Shown here piece by piece: positions 1 to 6,290 of a stretch of DNA of 24,000 nt. How positions within the stretch are numbered: the stretch's first letter is position 1; each line of letters begins with the position of its first letter. The position numbers and the translations under genes were made by a program. The DNA comes from Candidatus Woesearchaeota archaeon (GTDB taxonomy: Archaea > Nanobdellota > Nanobdellia > Pacearchaeales > GW2011-AR1). The DNA is taken from positions 120,901 through 144,900 of the forward strand of contig CAZETU010000001.1 of assembly GCA_964514585.1 (NCBI GenBank), written 5' to 3'. Under the pieces are notes generated by a model. The model worked only from the letters and a program-made list of their open reading frames with translations, was not told the origin of the DNA and did no database searches.

Positions 1-278
1 GAATATTTTTTGCCTTCGGTCTCACCTAAATCACACTCTCGAAGTTCATCAACATAATTAACCAAAATCCCAGGATAATGTTTGACTATCTCATCGACAG
101 TCTCCCTCGCTCTAACAAAAGGACTGGAATAAATAACATTAATATTTTCTTCCTTCAGTTGCAATCCAAGTTTCTTTGCCTGAATAATTCCCTCTCTTGA
201 CAACTTGCCTTCGCGACCTTCCATTGTTTCAGCCTCATTCCCCTCGCTCTTAGCATGTCGAACTAAAATTAATTTCAT
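1..278 (-). CDS. Histidine phosphatase / phosphoglycerate mutase-like protein, partial (C-terminus off window)
   Basis: Reverse-strand translation from ATG at 278: MKLILVRHAKSEGNEAETMEGREGKLSREGIIQAKKLGLQLKEENINVIYSSPFVRARETV...; LxRHAxS signature and SSPxxRAxET. Not in the ORF track because it runs off the window. Confidence 0.88.
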   Translation of the reverse strand, partial: MKLILVRHAKSEGNEAETMEGREGKLSREGIIQAKKLGLQLKEENINVIYSSPFVRARETVDEIVKHYPGILVNYVDELRECDLGETEGKKY

Positions 279-308
279 ACAAGAGAAAGTAGTCCACAAT
301 TGATAAAC

Positions 309-1520
309 TTATTCATACCTTAAAGCATCAACAGCATTAATCTTACTAGCTCTCCACGCAGGAAGCATACCCGAAATCGCCCCAGTCAATGTAGCAAATA
401 CAACCAATCCTGCAAATAAAACCCAAGAATAATGAGGAGTAAGAAATCCATATCCAAGATTATCCAAAATTTCCGCACCAATATCCGTAGCAAGCCATCC
501 AATCAAAACTCCAATTACCCCAGCCACAAATCCAAGGAACCCAGACTCAAATAAAAATATTTTAAAAATCTCAGCATTCCGAGCACCAATAGACTTCAAA
601 ACCCCAATCTCCTTAAATCTCTCAAGCACCGACGTAATCATCGTATTAGCAGTATTAACCGCCGACACAATAACCGAAATAAAAGCAATCAAAATAATAA
701 AACCAATAATAATATCCAAAACAACAGTAAACGATTCCAGCAAATCAGCATAAGACTGAACACTAAAATCCTCCTTACCTTCATCTAATCCCCGATGTTG
801 CCGCAACTTTTTCTCGACCCTCTCAGCAACTTCATTAACATTATTTTTATCAGCCCTCGCAATAATCATTCCATAAGAAAGATCTTTTTCAGGATAAAGT
901 TCAATCATGAAATCGTTTGTAACATAGATATTAGCATCATCTTGTGGATTCCCAACGGACTCATAAAATCCAACAATCCTCAAATCCTGTCCCTGAATAT
1001 TAATCTTGCTATTAAGAGAATAAGCCTTGGGGAAAATCTTATTCTTAATCATATAATTGTAACCCAAAGTAACCTTCCCAGAGTCTCCTAATCGAAGCTT
1101 CCTCCCCTCAATAATATCAACATTAGAAAGTTCCATAATCAGAGGAATCTTAGGGTCATAACCTATAACAAAAGCATACTTCTTAGAATCATCCTGAATA
1201 ATTTCTCCAGCTCCCATATACGACCCCGTCACCTCGTAAATCCCAGGCGTTCTCCCAATCACATCTATATCATCATCCAAAAGTTTAAACGTTGTATCAA
1301 GACCAGGCACGCCACTCCCCTTAGGTTGAATCAATAACTTATCTGCCGATGACGAAGAAGTAAACTCATCAATATATTCATAAAGCCCCCAGCCAAAACT
1401 AACAAAAATAAAAATCGTAGCAATCCCCACAAAAATCGACAAAATCGTAAGAACACTCCTTGCCTTACTTTGCTTAATATTATTCAGCGAATATTTGACA
1501 CTCTCTTTACTGATTACCAT
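309..1520 (-). CDS. ABC transporter permease, MacB/FtsX-like
   Basis: N-terminal TM, periplasmic-type core domain, C-terminal ...TSVLERFKEIGVLKSIGARNAEIFKIFLFESGFLGF...LPAWRASKINAVDALRYE typical of the FtsX/MacB family. Confidence 0.9.
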   Translation of the reverse strand: MVISKESVKYSLNNIKQSKARSVLTILSIFVGIATIFIFVSFGWGLYEYIDEFTSSSSADKLLIQPKGSGVPGLDTTFKLLDDDIDVIGRTPGIYEVTGSYMGAGEIIQDDSKKYAFVIGYDPKIPLIMELSNVDIIEGRKLRLGDSGKVTLGYNYMIKNKIFPKAYSLNSKINIQGQDLRIVGFYESVGNPQDDANIYVTNDFMIELYPEKDLSYGMIIARADKNNVNEVAERVEKKLRQHRGLDEGKEDFSVQSYADLLESFTVVLDIIIGFIILIAFISVIVSAVNTANTMITSVLERFKEIGVLKSIGARNAEIFKIFLFESGFLGFVAGVIGVLIGWLATDIGAEILDNLGYGFLTPHYSWVLFAGLVVFATLTGAISGMLPAWRASKINAVDALRYE

Positions 1521-1942
1521 TATAATTTTTTAGAAAGTATAACCTCTTTAGGGGCTACCTTATAATTTAATTTTTTATAAAATTTAAACGCACCAGCTTT
1601 TCTACTTGTCATAACACTAATGGTTTTAATTCCTTCTTCAAGAGATTCTTCTTCTACAAATTTCAAGAGACTTTTACCAAAACCTTTTCTCTGATATTCT
1701 TCCTTTATCCAAAACTCATCAAGATAAATTTCTTTTTTCCCTTCTCCCGCTGTAGAAAGAAATCCAGCTATTTTTTTATCAATAATTGCTACATAGATAA
1801 TTCCTTTTGTGAACATGTCGCTTATTCTTTTATTTGCTGTTTGAAAATCATATCCCTGAGAAAACGGTTTTTTTGCGGATTCTGTTAAAAATAGTTCGGA
1901 AATTTCCTTCAATTCTCTTCTTTTCGCCTTTCTAATTTTCAT
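1520..1942 (-). CDS. GNAT family N-acetyltransferase
   Basis: 140 aa with IYLDEFWIKEEYQRKGFGKSLLKFVEEES...AFKFYKKLNYK (acetyl-CoA binding motif A/B). Overlaps neighbouring genes at both ends. Confidence 0.88.
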   Translation of the reverse strand: MKIRKAKRRELKEISELFLTESAKKPFSQGYDFQTANKRISDMFTKGIIYVAIIDKKIAGFLSTAGEGKKEIYLDEFWIKEEYQRKGFGKSLLKFVEEESLEEGIKTISVMTSRKAGAFKFYKKLNYKVAPKEVILSKKL

Positions 1943-3156
1943 CCCCTCAACGCCTCCACCGGATTTTGTTTAGCCGCACTCATCGCAGGAACAATCCCCG
2001 CAATAGCCCCAATCATAAAACTTCCAAACAATGCCATTCCAATTAACATAAAATCAACAACGGGCGTCATGTCAGAACCAAGAAAGCTATTAATCCCAGC
2101 AACGCCAGCAACACTAATCAACGTCCCAAGAACAGCCCCGACCAAACCACCAATAAGCCCAAGTAAGCCAGATTCAAAAAAGAACTGCATAAAAATTTGC
2201 CAATTAGTCCCACCAATAGCTTTCATAATCCCAATCTCTTTTTTCCTCTCTAGAACCGAAGTCGTCATCGTATTAACAATCCCCAACGCACCAACCAAAA
2301 TTGAAATCGAAGCAATAATTATAATAAAAGCCTGAACGCCACCAAGAATACTATTCACCGTTTCCATCGTCGCCTCTGGAGTCGAAACCTCGAAATCCTC
2401 TTCTCCTTCATCAACATCCCTTCTCTTTCTTAATAGCTTCGCAATATCCTCAGCCGCACGGTCCATCAAATCTGGATCCTTAATGTGAGCAACTATTACA
2501 TCAACATCATCACCAGTATCAAATAAATCTTCCAAAGCAACTTGATCCATCAAAACAATACTATCCCAAACAAAACTCCCCTTCTTTTTCAATATCCCCA
2601 CAACCCTAAAACTTTTATCTTGAACTAACACATTATCTCCCAAAACGACTTCCTTTTCAAGACCAACCTTGTCAACAAAAAAATTAGCTCCCAAAACAAC
2701 CTTATTGGAATCTGAACCACCAAGCATCCTTCCTTTATCAATTTCAAGATCATTAACTTCATACATAAAATCAGCATCATCCCCACGAGGAACATTCGAA
2801 GCAAACCCAAAAATAACCCTATCATTAAATTCCAACTTGCCCGTTTGAATATATCGAGGCAAAACCCTGTTCACAGAACCAATATTCTCTATCGCTCGAG
2901 CATCATCTTTAGTCAAAGAATTCACAACACCACTTCCTGGCGGGCCATAAGCATTAAGTCCCCCAGCCTGAACCGTAATTATTTCCGTAGAACTAATCCC
3001 AAATTGAGCACTAACCGCCGCCTGTAACCCATTCCCAAGACCAATCAAAGCAACAACAGCAGTCACCCCAATAAAAATACCAAGTAAAGTCAACCACGAC
3101 CGAATCCCACGATGCCGTAAATTTTTCAAAGCAAGAATCAAATAATCAAGATTCAT
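1939..3156 (-). CDS. ABC transporter permease, MacB/FtsX-like (paralogue of 309..1520)
   Basis: 405 aa, [41 protein letters not shown]...TTSVLERKKEIGIMKAIGGTNWQIF...MSAAKQNPVEALRG. Confidence 0.92.
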   Translation of the reverse strand: MNLDYLILALKNLRHRGIRSWLTLLGIFIGVTAVVALIGLGNGLQAAVSAQFGISSTEIITVQAGGLNAYGPPGSGVVNSLTKDDARAIENIGSVNRVLPRYIQTGKLEFNDRVIFGFASNVPRGDDADFMYEVNDLEIDKGRMLGGSDSNKVVLGANFFVDKVGLEKEVVLGDNVLVQDKSFRVVGILKKKGSFVWDSIVLMDQVALEDLFDTGDDVDVIVAHIKDPDLMDRAAEDIAKLLRKRRDVDEGEEDFEVSTPEATMETVNSILGGVQAFIIIIASISILVGALGIVNTMTTSVLERKKEIGIMKAIGGTNWQIFMQFFFESGLLGLIGGLVGAVLGTLISVAGVAGINSFLGSDMTPVVDFMLIGMALFGSFMIGAIAGIVPAMSAAKQNPVEALRG

Positions 3157-3974
3157 TATTTCACTCCGTTAGATTTGCCCGACTTGATTGGAACTTTAGT
3201 TCCCTTTTTTGAGGGTACACCATTGAGCGCAGCTTCTTTCTTCTTCTTCTTAGTAACATCAATAAACCTAGACCCAACCCTCTTCGTAACTTTCTCCAAC
3301 TTCCCATCTAACAACCAATAAACAACATCAGCATACTCCTCAGCCAAATCCGGATCATGAGTAACCATAATAATCGTCTTCCCCTGCTTGTTCAACTTCT
3401 CCAAAAAATGCATAACAATATCCCCAGTCTTAGTATCCAAATTCCCAGTCGGCTCATCAGCAAGAATCACTTCGGGATCATTCGCCAAACTCCGCGCAAT
3501 CGCAACTCTCTGCATCTGCCCCCCAGAAATCTCTCCAGGATAATGATCCATCCTATCATGCAACTCAACCAACTTCAACAACTCCTCAGCCCGCCCAGCC
3601 CGCTCCTCAACACTCGTCCCCTGAAACATCATCGGCAACATCACATTCTCTTTCACCGTCAAATTCGGAATCAAATTAAACGATTGAAAAATAAACCCAA
3701 TCTTCTTCCCCCGAATCTGCGCCAAATCAGACTCACTCAACTCACTAATATCAGCATCATCTAAATAAATCGTCCCAAACGTCGGCATATCCAAACTCCC
3801 AACTAAATTCATCGCCGTCGATTTCCCAGAACCAGAAGGTCCCATAATAGCAACAAACTCTCCCTCATAAACTTTAAACTCCAAATGACTAAGCGCCTTC
3901 ACAACAGAGTCCCCCATGGGGTAATGCTTCGAAACATTCCTCAATCTAATAAACTCTTTCTTTACCTCTTTCGC
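3156..3974 (-). CDS. ABC transporter ATP-binding protein, LolD/MacB-like
   Basis: Walker [10 protein letters not shown], signature [14 protein letters not shown], Walker [13 protein letters not shown] track starts at 3992; the internal MAKEVKKEF (3974) sits better relative to the upstream TATA-like stretch. Confidence 0.93.
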   Translation of the reverse strand, partial: AKEVKKEFIRLRNVSKHYPMGDSVVKALSHLEFKVYEGEFVAIMGPSGSGKSTAMNLVGSLDMPTFGTIYLDDADISELSESDLAQIRGKKIGFIFQSFNLIPNLTVKENVMLPMMFQGTSVEERAGRAEELLKLVELHDRMDHYPGEISGGQMQRVAIARSLANDPEVILADEPTGNLDTKTGDIVMHFLEKLNKQGKTIIMVTHDPDLAEEYADVVYWLLDGKLEKVTKRVGSRFIDVTKKKKKEAALNGVPSKKGTKVPIKSGKSNGVK

Positions 3975-4075
3975 CATACAGAAAATACACAAATATCATA
4001 TATAAATATAGTGATAGCAAAACTTACATTTCACCAGAAATACCTACTGGGTAAACCAAAACAACATGCGTTTAG

Positions 4076-4096
4076 AAAACTTGTAACACAAGTTTT
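4076..4096. promoter_or_regulatory. 9-bp palindrome abutting the rpoN TATA-like box
   Basis: AAAACTTGT-AAC-ACAAGTTTT followed by TTTTATAAA, about 25 nt upstream of the rpoN ATG. Confidence 0.4.
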
Positions 4097-4122
4097 ATAA
4101 ACCAAAATTTCGCTACTTCAAT

Positions 4123-4320
4123 ATGATAATCCCAATAAGATGTTTTAGTTGCGGAAAACCAATCGCACACTTATATCCAAAATACAAAGAAATGGTCGAA
4201 TCAGGCAAGACCCAAAAAGAAGCACTAGACGAGTTAGGCATCAAACGATACTGCTGCAGAGCACAAATTCTAGGACAAACAGACACATTAGAATTGATTA
4301 ATAAATTCAAAAAGTTTTAA
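4123..4320 (+). CDS. rpoN: DNA-directed RNA polymerase subunit N (Rpb10 family)
   Basis: 65 aa MIIPIRCFSCGKPIAHLYPKY...LGIKRYCCRAQILGQTDTLELINKF; CFSCG...RYCCR zinc motif. Confidence 0.95.
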   Translation: MIIPIRCFSCGKPIAHLYPKYKEMVESGKTQKEALDELGIKRYCCRAQILGQTDTLELINKFKKF

Positions 4321-4340
4321 TTATTTTTTTAAATTTTATC

Positions 4341-4790
4341 ATGGGAAATATAAAAGTTATCTCTTGGGATGTATACGGAACTTTAATAGCAACACATTAT
4401 GATAAATCCACAGATTGCGGGGACATCCCATTAAAACTTAGACCAAGCGCATTAGAAATTCTAACAGAAATAAAATCAAGACAAATCATTCAATGCACAT
4501 GCTCAGATGGCCACTTGGAAAATCTAAAAAACAATTTAAGAGAAGCAGGAATAAATTGGACAGATTTCTTCGACGATTTATACAAAATGGAACCATTCCA
4601 ACAAAAGGATTTCTCTTACATAATAGAAAATTATAATATTAGACCAGAAAACCTCTTAGTTGTCGGAGACAATTATGATATAGATATCTCTTTAGCAAAA
4701 AGACAAGGTTGCAAAACTTTACACGTCCCAGAAAAAGAAGAGTTCAAAAAGAATCCATTAGACACATCAAAAATACTAGAATTATTATAA
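4341..4790 (+). CDS. HAD family hydrolase
   Basis: ISWDVYGTLIATH (motif I DxxGTL), VVGDNYDIDISLAKRQGCKTLHV (motif III/IV). Confidence 0.85.
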   Translation: MGNIKVISWDVYGTLIATHYDKSTDCGDIPLKLRPSALEILTEIKSRQIIQCTCSDGHLENLKNNLREAGINWTDFFDDLYKMEPFQQKDFSYIIENYNIRPENLLVVGDNYDIDISLAKRQGCKTLHVPEKEEFKKNPLDTSKILELL

Positions 4791-4791
4791 A

Positions 4792-4866
4792 TAGACAGTT
4801 CCGCGTGTTCCCACCAAAGACAGTATGGACACATTAGAACTAGTTAACAAATTCAAAAAATTCTAA
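4792..4866. pseudogene. Chimeric relic: diverged 5S rRNA 3' segment (4792..4832, minus sense) joined to a diverged rpoN 3' segment (4828..4866, plus sense)
   Basis: tagacagttccgcgtgttcccaccaaagacagtatggacac matches 35/41 with 5445..5485; gacacattagaactagttaacaaattcaaaaaattctaa translates DTLELVNKFKKF* versus rpoN DTLELINKFKKF*. Confidence 0.8.
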
Positions 4867-4872
4867 TTATTA

Positions 4873-5238
4873 TTAATGCCAGTCATAAAAACCACTACTT
4901 ATAACTTTACTAACAAGATGACGCCTAAGCTCACAATCAGGCATTTGCTCAACCTCTCCATCTCTTATCTGAATGGGCCAACACTGCATTTTTCCTCTTG
5001 CATAATAATCAGGTGATTCTCTTAGATGTTTTTTCGCATCTTCAGGAGACTTACCAAGACAGAAAGCAGATTCATTACATACATAACATTTATCAGGATT
5101 CCCAAAATCATGACGTCTCCTTATGGGAACTTTATAAAGATTCAACTTTTTATTATCTTTTTCGAAATCAAATTCTCCAATCAATAATCCCAGTATTCCC
5201 AGTCCGGCTATTCTATTAAATTGTCTTCTATTCAACAT
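4873..5238 (-). CDS. Small secreted or membrane-anchored Cys-containing protein with Tat-like leader, function unknown
   Basis: Translation MLNRRQFNRIAGLGILGLLIGEF...CYVCNESAFCLGKS...CWPIQ...DCELRRH. ORF track start is 5301; the internal Met at 5238 places RR-x-F at the N-terminus. Confidence 0.55.
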   Translation of the reverse strand: MLNRRQFNRIAGLGILGLLIGEFDFEKDNKKLNLYKVPIRRRHDFGNPDKCYVCNESAFCLGKSPEDAKKHLRESPDYYARGKMQCWPIQIRDGEVEQMPDCELRRHLVSKVISSGFYDWH

Positions 5239-5388
5239 TAAATTAACAAGTGAACCAAGTTTATAATAATTATTGAGATAGATTATTATTAAATTTTTCA
5301 AATTTTTTCTTTATTCTAATTAATCAGCCGAATAAAGTCAAAAGAAATCAAATTATCTGCGACAAAGTCGGTAAGTAATTTGGAACCT

Positions 5389-5439
5389 AAAATTCTGCAG
5401 AATTTTCCCAATGATTTTTTCACCAGAAAAAATGTTAAT
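5389..5439 (-). repeat. 51-nt double-hairpin element copy 1, immediately 3' of 5S rRNA
   Basis: AAAATTCTGCAGAATTTT (perfect 18-nt palindrome) then ATTTTTTC-ACCA-GAAAAAAT (8-bp stem). Same length and layout as 6116..6166. Confidence 0.7.
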
Positions 5440-5444
5440 AAAAA

Positions 5445-5553
5445 TAGACAGCTCCGTGCGTTCCCATCAAAGACAGTACAGACACGAACATAACAAGCTT
5501 AACTTCTGAGTTCGGAACGGGATCAGGTGTAACCAAGTTATTATGGCCGTCTA
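5445..5553 (-). rRNA. rrf: 5S ribosomal RNA
   Basis: Minus strand TAGACGGCCATAATAACTTGGTTACACCTGATCCCGTTCCGAACTCAGAAGTTAAGC...GGGAACGCACGGAGCTGTCTA; conserved CCGAACTCAGAAGTTAAG and TAGACGGC/GCTGTCTA terminal helix. Confidence 0.93.
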
Positions 5554-5598
5554 ACATTACATCAAAATTCCATTTTATAAACTTAACGATTCAAAAAA

Positions 5599-5620
5599 TT
5601 CAACGCTCCTGACAGGACTT
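5599..5620 (-). repeat. Second copy of the tRNA-Arg 3' end (22-nt exact repeat of 5683..5704)
   Basis: ttcaacgctcctgacaggactt present at both positions, offset 84 nt. Confidence 0.85.
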
Positions 5621-5687
5621 CACTCACCAGAGGGATGTCAAATGGACGCGATCACCAGATCACCTACTGGGTGAACCTCAGGTTCAA

Positions 5688-5763
5688 CGCTCCTGACAGG
5701 ACTTGAACCTGCGACTTCTTCCTTAGGAGGGAAGCACTCTAATCCAAACTGAGCTACAGGAGC
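5688..5763 (-). tRNA. tRNA-Arg (anticodon CCT)
   Basis: GCTCCTG...CAGGAGC acceptor helix, CTTCC-CTCCTAA-GGAAG anticodon arm, GCAGG-TTCAAGT-CCTGT T arm; 76 nt. Confidence 0.93.
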
Positions 5764-5798
5764 ATAAAACAATCAACAGAAAACTCTTTTTAAAATTA

Positions 5799-5815
5799 AT
5801 GAGGGAAGGAGGATT
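5799..5815 (-). repeat. Second copy of the tRNA-Leu 3' end (17-nt exact repeat of 5898..5914)
   Basis: atgagggaaggaggatt at both positions, offset 99 nt. Confidence 0.8.
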
Positions 5816-5898
5816 AAAAGTCCTTTACGAACTTTTCAGCAAATCTTTGATTTGCGCTTCAAGCTTCTCCGAAGCGCCGGTCGTTCGAATCCGACACA

Positions 5899-5982
5899 TG
5901 AGGGAAGGAGGATTCGAACCCCCGTAAGCATAAAGCTAACAGATCTTGAGTCTGCCCCGTTTGACCACTCCGGCATTCCCTC
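5899..5982 (-). tRNA. tRNA-Leu (anticodon CAA)
   Basis: GAGGGAA...TTCCCTC acceptor, GCAGA-CTCAAGA-TCTGT anticodon arm, long variable arm TAGCTTTATGCTTAC, GGGGG-TTCGAAT-CCTCC T arm; 84 nt. Confidence 0.93.
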
Positions 5983-6115
5983 ATAATATAACTCAATAAA
6001 TTCAATATAAAAAGTTATTGATAGTTTTCATGAGAAATTATGCGGCGAAGCCCATGATTTTTTATGAAATAAAAAATAGATAATATCCGAAATTTATTTC
6101 CAGAAACTATCCCTA

Positions 6116-6166
6116 GGAATTCTAAAAAATTCCCCTAACGATTTTCACACCAGTGAAAATATTAAT
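6116..6166 (-). repeat. 51-nt double-hairpin element copy 2
   Basis: GGAATT-CTAAAA-AATTCC then ATTTTCAC-ACCA-GTGAAAAT (8-bp stem); 37/49 ungapped identity to 5391..5439, with substitutions in the stems compensated. Confidence 0.7.
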
Positions 6167-6290
6167 TCATCTATGCGCGGCCGTTGATTAGGATCGTTGC
6201 GTAGCTTAGGTTTTTGGTTGGGTATTAGGCGAGATAAAAACCTCAGCCTATCTTTCCTAAGAATGCTGATTAAGAGCCCGACAAAGCCCC

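Noticed and set aside
795-3764. Antisense or alternative-frame ORFs 795..1091, 2069..2335, 2625..2825, 2845..3027, 3357..3764
   Set aside because: Embedded in clearly coding ABC transporter genes; compositions typical of shadow ORFs.
3885-4310. ORFs 3885..4100 (+) and 4113..4310 (-)
   Set aside because: The first overlaps the ABC gene start and the divergent promoter region; the second is the complement of rpoN.
4998-5219. ORF 4998..5219 (+)
   Set aside because: Shadow of the 142-aa Cys-rich protein frame, no recognisable features.
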